A stretch of DNA of 64,000 nt from Eutreptiella sp. 'Long Island Sound 2002'. Taxonomy: Eukaryota; Protista; Euglenida. The stretch spans positions 65,534,001 to 65,598,000 of the forward strand of contig OZ038379.1 in NCBI GenBank assembly GCA_964036045.1, given 5' to 3'. Shown in pieces: positions 35,941 to 50,400 of the stretch. The position numbers and the translations under genes are program-made. The notes under the pieces were generated by a model that did no database searches, had not been told where the DNA came from, and was given only the letters and a program-made list of their open reading frames with translations. The number at the start of each line of letters is the position of its first letter. Within the stretch, counting starts at the first letter, position 1.

Positions 35941-36789
35941 ATGTGCCGCAAGTACATGGTCGGAGTGCCTTTGAACATTGTACGTGAGAGCGTCCTCCCC
36001 CTTCACTGGCGACCAATGATGCTCTCGGAGTTGCGGTGTGGGACCGAAATAGATCACTTGAAAGTGCTGAACATGGTCCGTTACCTTCGCTACACCACCA
36101 GATCTGATTTGCCACTGTGTGTGCATATGAAGATTCATTATGAGCTTCTCAGGTACTTATTTGGGCAAAGCTATACACCATGCAACTTCCATCTCCACTG
36201 GGCGAGTCTTCCCCTGATTTGTGGAATTGGGCACCCCTACAAACATATGATTACATTGTTGTACCAATTCTTTATGCCGATCAGCTCGCTCCTTGAGAAA
36301 ATGCACACTGACTTCAAAGTGAGGGATCATGTACCAACAAAGGTGAAGTGCATTGACATGGAGAATACGATACTTGCCCTGCGTCTCAATGCAAGTGCCT
36401 ACCTCCCCGGAGTTCAGGCAACAATGGATGCAGTCAGTGTGGCAACAAGGAACGGCGCACCTACATATATGCAGGCAACTGCTAAACAGCTACTATTGGG
36501 TTTGCAAGTACTTTTGAAGTGATGGTTCCTTGCTGCTTTTAGGAGTGGTGTCCTTGTTCGCGATTGTAATTGGACTACTAGAGGCCCTGGCAGTGGGAGG
36601 AACGCTTTGGCGGTGCTGGAGTCCTCCTTATACATCACGTTTGCCATTGTGGGTATTGAGTGGGAAAATGTGGAGTGCATCAAGACGTTGGTGTGTGCTT
36701 TCATGACGTGGCAAGGGTGGCATTCACCGACCCCAACCTGCATTCACAATGAGGAATATGAGGAGGTAATGATTTGGATTTTTTTTTGA
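35941..36789 (+). pseudogene. Degenerate long reading frame, possibly transposase-derived
   Basis: A 193-aa ORF continues after one stop. LPLICGIGHPYKHMITLLY resembles the 'lG.fH..m' motif of RNase-H-fold DUF6589-type proteins. Weak. Confidence 0.25.
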
Positions 36790-39700
36790 ACCTAGGAATT
36801 GTCCTCGTTTCGCACAACCCCCCCGGCCTGGGCAGTTAAGGCCTCCCAAGTTTATGAGGGCCAAAATGGGCCACCAAAAGCTCAAAATGCATCAAAAACG
36901 TTTGACATTTGTTGACGTCTAGGATCAACTTTTGAAAAAACTCATTCTCTTGCACCCAATGGACCTTGTAGACCCATTTTGGCACCCCCTTTTTGGGCTC
37001 TCTCTTGCATTTTGCTGGAGCCCACTGGGCCTAGGTATGGGGGCCTAGGCGTCCGTTAGGACAATTTCGAGGCGTGGAAACTACCCAGAGTGGGTCGCTG
37101 CGGGTGGATTAGGTGCACTTGAAGTCACATTTTGGGGCACGTAGCCCAATACATGTTTTTGGCTTCGGGCTGTCGATGCCCAATGTGCACAAATTTTGGA
37201 GTCTTTGGGGGCCTTCTTGGGGGCCGTTGGTGGATACATTGTGGAGTTAGAGGGCCTTGGAGGGCCCTGCGGCACAGGGCAGTCTATGTGCATGTGCAGA
37301 GTGGCCTCCATCATCCTTGGTTTGGCCGTTGTTAGGAGGTTCTAGGGCGGTTTAGGGGGGAAAAACCATGGGTTTGGCCCCAAAATGCAGATTTTGACAT
37401 GATGGTCTGGCAATTGCGACGCCCGTTCCCGGTTGTCACCGGTGATTTTCTGCGTCATACTTTGTGTGGTCGTCCCTCCCCTCACACCCATAGGTAGCAT
37501 CCACCAAAATTTTGGCCAAATCCGAAGCACCACAATGTAGCTGTGATTTTGCGCATTTCCCACGTGATTGCTAAACCCGTTCGGTCCTACGTAGACCCCA
37601 AAGAGGGTTATAAAACCAAGACTGTTTGCACCAGCTCGTTGACCCTAACCCTAGCCCTCATCCACACCCTAACCCTCTTTCTACCTTCCAAACATAGGAA
37701 CACCCGTCTCTAGTCCGCAAACATTGTTTTCTCCAAGTAGCCGAGGTTTGCTAATAGCAGACATTGTTGGCACGTTGTAGTCGCGACCCACAATTATTTG
37801 GGATGTTGGCCAAAGGCAACCTCCCCCGAAATCGTCCGCTACCATTTTTTACGTGTGCCAATAGGCATGGCGGTCGTTAATTTGTAGGTGCAATATGCTC
37901 CAAGCCAACCGGAACCTCAGTCCCATCGTGAACGGTTTGTGTTGGGGTGCAAAGTAACACACAACTACTGTCACCGCATTCTCATTTTGAAAGAGGACTG
38001 GCTTAGAATTCGTGGTAACACACAACAACCCGGACACCCTTTCCATTGCGACAGGGATTCTGCTTCGCATCAGACAACTACCGTCAACCCATTCCCCTTC
38101 TAAAACAGGATTGGGGTAGGGCTCTTTGTAGTAGACAACGACCCTAAACCGAAACCCATCGTGGAAGAGATGAGGGTTAGGCCTGCATCTAACCACCTTA
38201 ACCCGAATCCCATCATGAAACAGAATGGGTTTATGCTTTCAAGCAACGGACAATTTGTGTTGTCACCCACTTTGAAGTGTCAGGGAGCCGCACATGGCAG
38301 GGGTGGTGCATCCAAACTACCCACTTGTGGGCTACTTTCGATTTCGTTCCCCGCATTGAAGCAGTGGGTATCCCGGAGGCAGCATGAGTTATGTAGGCAG
38401 CGGGCCCGCTCATGGGCAAGTGTTAGTTTTATGCCCCGCTCTAAAGTGTTGGGGGGGCGTTGCGTACCAACCAAGCCCATGTGTGGGCCACCTGTACGTT
38501 GGCCCCCTACTCTCCGTTGTTGCAGAGCTTGTAGACGCTAGGGTGCCTGTACGCAACATGCCCATTTATGGGTCTTTTCTTATGTTCTCCCTCGAGTTAA
38601 GGCGTTATGGAGCCCCCGAACTTTCGGGGGTACGTTAGCGGCCGTGCCACTCGTGGGCCACATGTCAGTTTTTGCCGTGGTCTACACTTAGGGTTGCAAA
38701 GGTGTGGTGCATTGAAGAACCACAAATGCGACATGACAAATATGACATGCATCTAACATGGGTTTTTGCCAGTTTTCAAACCAAGGGACAATACAAGCAT
38801 TTAAAAATTAAATAGCAAAAAAACACTTGTTGCAATGGTGTATAATTGGTTGGTTTCCTAAAGTAAATATCTTTGTGTCAAATGCCTAGGAGTTGCAACA
38901 ATGAGCCCTGCCACCCGTTGTTTTTTGCGTGCTTATTACTCCAGCGAATGCAGGTCACATCATGCAAGACGACGCAGGTGTGCATATTTTGCCTTGTTTT
39001 TGCAATGTGCCATACTACATTGCACAACACACTGATTGCATACGTTTCAATTTTTTTTGTTTTGGTGTTCAATATGTCCAATGTATCAGCAATCCCCAGT
39101 CCATTGCCATTGATGAAATGGTCTTGGGTCACTTTGTCTTGGCCTTTTCGGTGTCTCGCAGCTTTGTGAGTCTAATTGCTACCGTGGATGGTTCGCGAGC
39201 ATTTTTGAACGGTGCTTTGACGAGCATTTTAACGGGCATTGCCGAACAATGCCGTGAAGCCGACACTTGTTCGCTGCAAGATTTATGGTCATTCTGCTGC
39301 GTATGTTGTATGCTTTTGACATGGTGAAAGGAAAGCATGTGGTTGTGGCACGTCCCTTTTGCATGGGTGTGATGCATGTCTGCACTTGTTTTTGGGGATC
39401 ACCACTCCTTTCAACCGGCCGTGATTTCACGGACCTCATCCCGCAGTTTCTTGGCAGAAACACTTTTTGCTGAAAGAGTCTGAAGATGTTTGCACATTTG
39501 GTTCGTGTTAGACGTCTTATTTGATATGGTTTTTTCAAACAATTGACATGAAACTTACTGTCTTTGTCCCGTTTGTATCCCTGGCCCTGTCCAGCCCCTT
39601 GTGGCACTGAGCGAACTTGAGGAACTCCCATAGGTGAAGCAGGCTACATAGAACGCACCACGATATTTGTAGGCTAGATTACACACCATTTGCTTAATGC

Positions 39701-40189
39701 ACACCTTTTTGTGCTTTTGTGTGTACGGGATTAAACAACAACGTCCATGAACAATGATGCACGAGATGCCCAAGACTTGGAGCGCATGCCCAAAATCAAT
39801 GTGTGCAGACTATGTGACTATGAAGTCTCCGACAGTAGACCCCAATGGTCTAGCACATTTCAGGCAGGCTTAACTGGTAAAGGAAGGCGAGGGTACAAAA
39901 AGAGCTGGCATGAACCAAGAGAAGAGGGCGCGAGGAAGTTGACGATTACGGGGTGGGCAAGAAAGCATCACGCCCAAGCGAGCCATCCATCCGCCCCAAT
40001 CTGTTGGCGTACTGACTGGCGCTGGTTTCGGGCAGTCCATCGCTGATGACATCTCACTGCTAGTGAGGAGATCAAGGGGTCCGGTGTCAGCTATGCTTTT
40101 CATAGTGTCTTGTGGTTTCCTCGACATGCCTCGCTTTCTGTATAGTTAGGCAAGGCAACACCGGGCTTAGGAAGGGTCGCAAGCTTTGT

Positions 40190-41020
40190 GGCTTGTGCCT
40201 CAGGGACAAGTACCCCCCCCCCCCAATTGGATAGGAGAGGGGTCAAGAAAGGGTGCCCGCTAGGGCAACGGGTTTCTACGAAGACATTGTTTTTTGGACG
40301 TTGTCGGCTCATCAACACTTCGGGACCTCCTTCGCACCAAGTTTCCTGCTCCGGATGCCAGAGACTTTGCACGGGGAGCGTGGGCAAGGGCAAGGGCAGT
40401 TTGTCGCATGCAGGCCACGGACTTCTCCATTGTACAATACCGGGTAATGGGGTCCCGTGTTTCTTCAGCATGTGTCCTATCAACGCTCGCGAAACCGGAT
40501 AATTGGTCAGCATCAAGGATGCCATCCCTTTGAGTGAAAGTGGTAGCAAGAGCATGGTGGAGATGCCGCCATGCATGTGTTTGTTTCAGTCTACCATATG
40601 GTTCAGTGGGCCCGTGGAATTTGGTTGCCCTTGCCATATTGCCTCTCTTTTTTTTGTTGTTGCTACCAAGTCCAATGTAGGGATGGTATTTTGCCAGATG
40701 TGTCACGAGTGCACCAAGGAACACCGGGACACAATAGGAAAAACGTCAGACAATTTTTGGTCATCGCGGTGATTGTTGCAGCTACGTCACTGTGACACAG
40801 CAATAAGCATCGCGAAGTTCCTGCACAGTCTGAACACACATGTCCCCTTTGGTCAAGGAAGCCAAGCCACTGAGGGTTGTCTCAAGCTTTTTCGTCACGC
40901 ATGCACATGCAGGGCCGGCCTCATGACGAAGCAAGCAAGCAAGGCACACAACAGAAAGGAGGAAAGACCGGAGGAAGAAGAGGGGGAACAGGAACTAGCG
41001 CAAAAAAGAAGAAAGCGCTA
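40190..41020 (+). pseudogene. Zisupton/KDZ-like transposase relic
   Basis: A Cys/His-rich N-terminal part is followed by LFQSTIWFSG..FGCPCHI and CDTAISIAKFLH. These resemble the Zisupton motifs VFxKIWGASGG..MCPCGI and YDFARGLATH. Several stops. Confidence 0.45.
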
Positions 41021-42799
41021 AAGAGGAAGAGGAGGAAAAGGATAATAAGAGAGCAACTAGATGAGAAAAGGATACCCATGTTGAGCACACACATGATGGT
41101 AAGCGCACCACGGCACTCGTGACCGCTCTGCGGCGTGCCCTGTGGATGTTGAGTTGGTAAGTGTAGCCCGTCATTGTGTGGTTGGCGGGGGCCAGACCGC
41201 ACGGACCCCCACACTAACATCCCTCTCCACTGTGCGCACACTGTGATGGAGAAGGCAAGCCCGCTAGTGTAGGGTGGTGGGACCACGGCCAATGTCGGGG
41301 AAGTGACGTGTGCCATGGGTTGGCCCCAGTGTTGGAGCAGCGGGACCAAGAGGGGGAGGACAAGGGTGCACATGAGAACCGGAGGGTTTATGGTAGCCAA
41401 AGAAGCAAAACAAGGGCAAAGAGTGGAAGAAGGAAGCAGATGGGAGTGGGCAGGGGCGATGCAAGGGCGATGCATGTGCCATGTCAGGGCGCCGCACCGG
41501 TGATTCAAGGAGGACCCCGCGGATTTACCCTCGCGGCCACACGGAATAAGAGCTAACGTGAGGTGGAGAAGGAGGTGGGAGGAGGAGGTCAATGCGCTTG
41601 TGCGGTATTAGCAACTACTACACAGTACAAGGGTTGCTAACCAGGACAAGGTACGTACAACGCGGCAAACAGGCCAAGTGACTGGGACCACGACCCACTA
41701 CAGGTCGGAGGGGGGGGCAATCACATGCCCTTGATCGCGGGAAAAACTCTCACAGCGTTGCGTTTACAACCCCCTAGCCCGCCGCCATTCCCCGTGCCCC
41801 CTTCCAACCGGTCCCTTTTGTCAACCATCTTCTCCACCCTTGTTCCTTGGCGGCGGGCCTACCCCCTCACGTCCTTCCCCCTTCCCTCTTTTCCCTCTGT
41901 CCACTTCGTGATTGTTGCCCCCCCTTCTCGCTACCACCCATCTCGCCTTGGCCACGTGTGTCCATGGTAGCCGGGGCAGCCTTCAGAGAAATTCCGTGCA
42001 TTCACTTATTTTGTGTTGAGGTGGCGGAGCAAGGGGGAGGGGTGGCGTGCTTGTCGTGCATGTCGTCCATGTTCTTTTGTGTTGGGTTCGCCAGCAGTAC
42101 ACCACAGGCAAAGTGCGCCCCAGAAGTTGATACAGAGGTGTTGTACTCATTGCTTTCTGCAACAAATTTTGTCGTTGCCATCAAACCATCCTTGAGCAAC
42201 ACGTCGACTGGTCCTCAAGTTAACCATGGCTGCCTTAAAGACCAGTGTCGGCAGTGCATCTTTGGATGGCACTCAAGACAAGAGAAAAACAGGTGTGTTG
42301 GCGTGCCGGCACAGTGTGCGCAGGATGGAGGTTACAAGTCTTGTGCATGGGAGTACCAAGTGCAACACAGTGCTAAAGGGTACAATTGCCTTCTACGATT
42401 TTGCACGTTGAGCGGGGGCTGTAGTCTATTCTCTTTGAGGGAGTGATGTTGTCAAAAGGACAATGGGCTCGTATACATATGTGAACAAGCGATCAAATAG
42501 TTGGCGCTCGTGCGCTTGGAACTCGGCGCTCCGTGAGTTGGCCCCAGGATTGGGGGCAGCCTCCATACAAATTCTGTGGAGGCGGGGGAACAAGGGGGGT
42601 GGTGTGCGGAGGGGGGGGGGGGGGGGGCTCTACGGGGGAGGGCTGTGCGACAAGGGGGGATAATTGGATGAGGGTAGAGAAAGCCCCCCATGGGTAGAAA
42701 TTTTTATATACAGGTTTTTGGGGGGACACGTGTCACGTTTGAAAAAATTGTTCACCTCGTGGGGGAATTTTCTTTCGACCCTCCACCTATCTCGATGTT

Positions 42800-44400
42800 C
42801 CATGCCGATCCCACGTTGAAGACACTAGTCACGAGGTTTAGCAGTGGTTACGTTGAGAAGGTTTGTGCCAAGGTTGCTCCGTGTATTCTATTGTGTTCCA
42901 AGACTCGGTTGAGGGGGTCACCATAGTAGCGCGTGCTTCGGGGACCGTTGTGACAGGCATTGTTTCGCAATGTTCTCTTCCATGGCTTGGTGACAGTGAC
43001 CCGGTTATTGTTCGACACCGTGGAGCACATTTTTTGCATAACACTAATTGCTCCAGTTGGACGAGTGCGGCTACTGCTTCTTTGAGAAGGTGATCCCCTT
43101 GGGCATGTTGGACGGGGTGGTGGGAAAGGTCGACACCGTCCTGATGGAACATAGGTACCTCATTCTCTAGAAGTACCTGGGTGTACACCAAGGATCTCAT
43201 GCTGGTGATCGCCGCATTTTGACTGCTAGGCTGTTGCGGACGTGGGCCAACACGTGGTAATCCGAGATCACATAACAGGACCTTCTTGCGACCATGCAGC
43301 TTTCCAACTTCATTATCCACATGATCAACAAGGATTTGGATGACGAGAACGACCTATACATCACTACTCAATCGGGTGCCCAACACCATGAATGTCATAT
43401 CCCAAACCGGGACATGCACAAGGGTTCCACAGGCCTCCGCGCGCTAAGCTTGTTCTCTGCAAAGTGCTACTATCTCGCCGCGAATGATAGGACGGACACG
43501 ATCATCCTCCCAGGCAGTCCTAGCGGGCTTCCTGAATGGTGGGACTTAGTGACAGTCGACTTGTGCCATGGACATTTCTTTGTCCGGTATGCGGAGCTCG
43601 TTTTTGTTGATGGACCAATACCCCTTTTGCTTTCTTCCCACTGATGGCGCAAAGTGGGATTCTTCAGTGTGGCTAGCTTGCCGGTGGCTGATCAATTTAC
43701 CGAGGGAATGCATGTGCTATTGGGGGATTTCGAGAGGCACCCACTCTGTCCACAAAGCCGCATTACTCCATGTAATGCCGCAAGCATCGCATTGAGAAGT
43801 GCGTTCCACGCAACAGGAGTCCTATGTGCGAGGACAATGCCAGCTGATTATGCCTTCTTTGTGGGACATTGTGTGACACTACAACCAGAACAAGCACAAC
43901 CTGATACCTGGACAACGGATCAACAAGTTAGTTTGGACTCTTGGATCACGTGCTACATTCCTGGGGACCCCACCGTGCAATACCTCCCTCCCCACCCCTT
44001 GCTTGAACAACCTCCGTGCCCATTCCGCGTAGACCAACCGCTCAAGGCAACTTAGAGCCCCGTCCGAGAATGGGTTCACGAGGCCGAGCCTGTACCACCC
44101 CCCACCCACTGGAATGTATGGTTGTTGGCCTGTCAACCTCGTACAAATGTGGCCGTGTGCGAGCGCTTTGGGGGCTTTGCAGTGGTACCAAGTGGTGGTG
44201 AGCGAGCAAGCAGTCGTATCGCACGGGGATATTCCTCTTGTTGACAATCCCCTCTTGGACTACCACATAGCTTTGACGTGTGGATGGCCGTCCCCGTCTC
44301 TAAAGCAGGGTGTGTGCATTTGTCGCTACGGGTAGGTGTAAAAATGTGCACAGGCACGCACCATGCACTGTTCGCTTTGTAGCTAAGATCTCGCCCGTTA
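42800..44400 (+). mobile_element. L1/Tx1-like LINE relic (RT thumb and zf-RVT region)
   Basis: KYLGV (~43170), LRTW...QDLLATM, HKGSTGLRAL (GGLGL-like), HWNVWLL...PRT, GCVHL...THHALF. No YADD motif recognised. Confidence 0.45.
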
Positions 44401-47400
44401 CCCTACCAAGAACGTGTTGTAGATCACGTTCCTTGCTTTGGATGCTAGATCAAGAAGTTCTTGGAGATTATGATGCACATTGGGGATGCGGAATCGAGTT
44501 GCAGACCAAAAACAATCAGTAGATTGCGCTTTTTGGTTAGGTTGCTAACCGCTGTTGCACACTTGTCCTTCTTTGTAGGCCAAAATGCACCTCTGGCCCC
44601 GCGTTGCCGTGCACGATGACCTAGCAGCCACTCTGTGAGCAAAATGGAGCATGCCCCACATACGGAGGTGCCCCCAACCACGCTGGCTAGGGGGATGAGG
44701 CATGGTATAAATGCGCGTCTACCAAATGGATCTTTGGACCCTTTCGTGCCTTCGAGTTCCACCTTAGTGTTATTGTCCTGAACCAATGCCCGTGGCCTTG
44801 ACCCATGATGGCATCTGCCACACTGTCAATGGTGAGCAGGGCCTGCACCCCCCTCTATCAATATTTGTCCACAATGCCAGCGGTTGTGGTCCCAAGGGAT
44901 TACGAGGGCAGCAAGACTTGGAAGTTCACAGTGTATGGTGGCCCCTCGGATGGCCACTTTGAGCATCATGTACGAGAACAGGGTAGTTGCTCGGAAGGCG
45001 GTACATGGTTGCAAGAGGATGTCGGCATTGGTATCAATAGTGCACCCCGCGCTGCCCACGGCTGCACAGTATATGCACCAAAAGGTTGCTCATTACGTTG
45101 GAGGGAAGGACAAAGGTATCCCACGTGGTCATCCTCATGTCGAAGAAGAGGACAGCTACATGGACGAAAGGAAGGCGAAACAGAAGGGATCGAAGAAGGA
45201 CGTGGGCAAGCAACACAAGAGCAAGACAATTGCCCGAACTGGTGCTTGTGCAGGCAATTCCTTGGATGGTGACACCGTTCTGCAGAAAGTTGTAGATGGA
45301 GTTTCCCGTGCGGCTGATGAGGCATGCATGCAAGCTTTTTCTGCGTCGCTCGAGCAATGGAGACAAAAGTAACACGGCCGGAAGCGGACAAGACCCTAAG
45401 GTGCACGATCCTGCATCTCAAGGGTGTTGAGGAAGGTGAACGTGCCGGTACATGGAGTTGTTGGACAAGTTCGCATTTTCTGCGAGTCTAATGAACCAAC
45501 CAGAGCCAACACATCAAGAGCGAGAGGGACATTCCACGTGCGGGGTAGGTGGAGGTAGACACGGAGGTTACAAGGCTTTGGGCTTTGCTAGATGTTCGCA
45601 CTTCAGAGTCGTCCCTATCACAATCGGAATCCCCGCGCTTATTTCTCACGGAGCATATTGTTATGTGGCGGTCTGCACATATCCCCCCCAACTACGATTG
45701 CACATCACGTTACACCACGCCGCCCCAACACAAGTGGTTGCACGGCCTACGCGTGGCACACCGTATAAAATGCGCACGGCAGCTTACGCGTCCCCACAAA
45801 TTGTTGAAAGTGTCATCGAAACCGGGTACAACCGGACTACACTACTGCGGCAACCCCGTTGTAGATGGTTTGGGAGCGACGCTAGGGTTGGTGATTTGTC
45901 ACTCGCCACCTATTTTGATCACGCTTCTTCTTTCGTATAAGAGAAGGGGTGTGTCCCTTGTTTTTCGGCGTGGGGGGCGTCATCGGGATTTCAGGGACAA
46001 GGGGTGCCCCCTGTGATGTTGCATCTTGTGCTACCATCATTTGGAGGGATCGAGGCCGCATCCCAATGGATGTGGCTCAACATTGTGGTGGAGAATGCCA
46101 TAAGGTATGTGTTGGTGTGGCCCAATGTTTGAGTTGTACCCCGTCCCACGCCTAGCCGCCATTGCCCCCCCCCCCTCCCCCCATGTTAACCCCCCACCCC
46201 ACCCCACCCCATTCAGACGCAGTCCATATAACCCCCCCTCCTCCAAGTCAACCCAATTGGAAGCATTTCTGGACGCAAGTCGAAAAGGGTGCTAAGCCTC
46301 ATGTTCCTAAGCAAGAAGCACAAGCGGCAACCCCATTCAGGAAGACCTTCCCAATCAGGATGTGTGGTCAGCGACCCAAGTCAACAACCAATTTCAGGTT
46401 GGCAACCCCTTCCTAAAGGCAGCTCCCGGTGAACTTGCTGGTTTGGAACACCTTTGTGTTTATCCTTCTTGGCACACTTTTTGTCCACAACATTTACACC
46501 ACCATGGAGTGCCTTGTTGAAAGGTTTGAAGCTCATGTGCTCCGGTTGATGCGCAAACCTTTTGCAACACTCAAGCGCGAGGCAAAGGCCGAGCGTCTAG
46601 CATAAGTAGAGGGTGTAACGTGCGCCCTTGTGAACGCTAGGGCCGTCCTGCTATGGGCGATGTCCACGGGTGTTGCCAGTGTTTGCGTGGCCAATGAGTA
46701 TGGCGTGTGTGATGGGGAGATGGGACATGATCGTTCTACCGTGGACATTTTCGTGACAACACAATCCATGATCTTGTGTGTGCGCCAGATGCTCCAAGTG
46801 AGCCGCCCCTTCACCCGTGAGAAATTGTTGGAATCACAGCAACCACTTATGGCCTATACGGCCCCACCTATGGTTGTGGTTGGTCCGGGGAACAAGGGTC
46901 GGCCGCATGTGTGACACTTTCCGACCTTGTCCAACACGAAGTTGGGTTGGCAGAACAAGCGAGCGTACTCGTGGTTCCACATGGATGGCGATATATGTAC
47001 CCATCAACCTTTTTTTGGATGTTTGCCCGTTGTGGTCAACTTGGGCCACTTGGGTGGACATGTTCGTGGGGATATGGCTAGGGGGGCCTTGTGCAGAAGG
47101 CGTGCAAGCCAAATAGACCATTTGGTGGGTAATGCCTACACCCTTGTGACCAAGTGCCGGACCTACGAGGACGGGAAAAGCTTAGAACCGCACAACAACT
47201 TGGCCCGGGTACCCCGATCGGACGCATTCTTAAGAGCAGTGGGCCGGACCAAAATGGTGGGGGATTGTGCACATTGTGCTGCATGGCTTTGCAATGCAAT
47301 TGGTAAGGGACTAGTGATTGACTTGTCAGCATGGGTAGCAGAAGGGGATGGACGGGGGGTCCTAGAACACATGCAACAAGTGTGGTAGGACTTTATGCGA

Positions 47401-50400
47401 GAAGTTGCACATGTACCCTTGGCTGTGCTCGTTCCCCTGAAAGATACATTTCACTTCACGGCTGCTAGAGTATTCCTTGAGACAAAGCAGTGCCAAAAGC
47501 ATGCGGTGGACTTGTTGAACGAATGTTACCCGAATGGCACTATGGAGACAAAAAATGTTAAAGTGTACACTACTATTTTTGGCATTATCAAGAGTGTCCA
47601 TACCTGCACACATTGTGGTGGAAAAAGGCATTCTTGAGCGACGCGGAGGTGTCGTCTACGGACCACGCAACCTAACAACTTGTTGTGTGTTGGTACCTCA
47701 TGAGCTGCAAGCTTACTTTGTAGTTTCATTGGACGGTGATGCTAGTGCAGGGGATCTAAGTTTCTGAGTACGTACATGTTTAGTTCCGTACCAACGGATA
47801 GACGGAATCCACCATGGAAAACTCATCTTCAAAACTGCTTTAGGGGTTGGTCCGTGCGAAATCTCCAAATTTAGCAAAAGCGGAATGTTACATTTCCGAA
47901 AGATGTGTGCCTTGCCTGAGGAGTTAAAGGGGGTACAAAGGATGGGTGGTGTGAAGCACCAAAGTCGCAAGCGGCAAATAATAGAGTAACGAGTATATAC
48001 AAGTCAACCATTGTACTATGGATTGTTTGTTGTGCCGATTGTTGTGTGTGTCCCAAAATCAAGGAGTATCCTTTGAAGTGCAATCGGTAAGGGGTTGTTA
48101 ATTAGGACGTATGGTCTACATCCCCATTTAGCAACACCTTTTTGGCCTGTCCTCATGCGAAGCGTCCCATACCTCCTAGGAACTAAAATTGCAAACGTCC
48201 CAATTGCACCATTTGGGTTGAGAAACATAGTTTTTCCAACAAATCATGATCCCATGGGTACAAAAACACTTAGTCTTAGGTTGCTAGCCCTGCTATCTTT
48301 CCATGGGCCCAAACAACTTTTTTGCGTGCTAAGCGGGGTGTTCCCGGCACCCCCTTCCCGGGGATGCCCCCCGCGCATCTGTGTACCGAGCTAGTACACC
48401 CGTGCATGGCATGTTGGCCGGAGGCATGCCCATTTTTTGCCCGCTCCCCTTGCACCCCCACGTGCAGCACCGTCTCTTTTGTGCCTTAGTTCTTCCAAGC
48501 TCATTGTGAAGGCTGTGCCGCTTCCCCTCCCTGCCCCCCGCGCATACCCTTTTTTTTGGGGGGGTTGGTGTCCTTCAGTGGTGGCATGGCCAAGCGGAGC
48601 AGTCCTACCCTTTGCCCACCCTTGGACTGTAGTGAGGGGGACTACACCCTTATCCCCTGCATGGATTGGGCCTCGAGGATTTGCTCCTAGCGGCTTGCAA
48701 TAGATGGCACCCATTTGCCAACCGCTCGAACAAGTACACTGTCTAGCTACATGCCGTTCCGGGCCGCTCTAGATACAATTTGGGCGCCGGGAGCGCCATG
48801 GTGTATGCGGCAGTGTCCTAGAGCTACCTTGGCACCTCTTTCACCCGGGGTGTGCGCCCCAACTCTTGCACCGTTCGTCATCCGCCGACCTGTAGCTTGT
48901 ACGTCGCGCCGTTGTGGTGGGACGAAATCTGTCCCCTTGTGTGGCGCTACAAGGGGCAACGGTGGCACTCCTGCCCGGCAACCTCCGGCAAACTTCGAGG
49001 GCAAGAACGGCAATGGGTGGGACCACGTGGTGGGGACAAACTAGTGGGGGCGGGTCGGGGACAACCCCCCCCCCCCCCCCGTGCGTTTGTTGGCAAGGTT
49101 GGCCCCCTCCTCTCTGGGCGGTGTCACCCACATGTAATAAGGGGTTCTCCATGAGGCCGGCCATATTGCAACGGTGACCGTCCCGGATGCCTGCGCCGCA
49201 CGCCCGCACCCAGCTGAACCCCATGTAGGAGGCCCGCGCGGAGACCATCCCGGTGCGGGGAAGTGCGAACTAGGGCACCCTCCATTTCACCAAGCGCTTT
49301 CTCTCTGGCCGACTAGTGCCCCCCTCCCAACCTGTTCGCCTTTGTAGTTCTCTTCTTCTTGATGACCCATGTAGTGGCCGCCTCATGGGGGCCGCCTCAA
49401 CGACTCTTGCGGGCCCAAGTGTCTTGAGCCGGTGCCTATCCCTGCTTTTGCTTATGCTGTTCCTCGAGTAGGGATTTAGCATGGTTAGGCGGTTTTGTAG
49501 CCCAAGGGGGGGGGTTGAGGAAATTTGCCCCCCTTCCCCGCACGGCGCAACCCTGCCCCCTTCCACCACACTACGCCTCCCCGAGCGGCGGGAGGCTTCA
49601 AGGGGGTTATTGCCGGGTGTCTCTACGCCCTCGGCTTGCGGGAGCTTGAGATGGCCTGAGGGGTACTCCGGGACGGTGCGTTGGGGTGTGGCACGTCAAC
49701 ACCCTGACTCTCCAATTGTCCCCGCCAACTCCCTGGTCTCCTTCCCCCACGCGGCAGGAGGTGTGCACCACATGTGCTACGCGCACATGATGCACGCTAG
49801 TGTCGTGGGTGATGTACGTCCCGACATGGAGTTGCGTGGCGATCCCAAATGTGACCATGGTGCATGCACGAGGCGGACATATCCCTCGTGCACATTTGTC
49901 TCATTGTAACTAGGCACGGAGTTGTTGCCGTCCGGGCGCACAAGCCGGGGTGGCAAGCCTTTTTCGAGAGCATTGCCAGATTTGCAAGGCGGTGGCATTT
50001 GGGACTGCCAGCCAAGAGGTTTGGGGATTGTGGTCCGTCAAGGGTGGAAGGCCCGCTAAGTGCAGCTCTAGGCTGATGTGCTGTAGGGCGACAAAGGGAC
50101 TCAGCTCTAGTACTCCACCCCTGTGCTGGTCACCCTAGGCACAAGGAGGGACACCCTCCACATACAGGCCGTGTATGGGTTTCCTTCCCTGCCGGTGCTC
50201 AAGAGGGCGCCGCGGGAACGCGTGTTGGAATACATGCCCATTGTTGTGACGGCTCGCTTAGTGGCACCTCAAAAGTTTTGAAAATTTGATTTTTTAGACC
50301 CGTTTGATCGCCGTTGGGATAGGTTTGTGTGATCATTTAGGTACGCTACAAATACGCCAACCGTGTTTGGAGTCACATAGTGACCACTCGTCCCATTTAG

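Noticed and set aside
37640-37680. Telomeric CCCTAA repeats
   Set aside because: Only a few degenerate units with no array, so not a telomere or clear interstitial telomeric tract.
48400-50000. Possible fifth family (minus-strand ORF2/transposase-like peptides such as PR*L*DTAAY)
   Set aside because: Similarity by eye was too weak, and no TIR or motif-rich intron was found.
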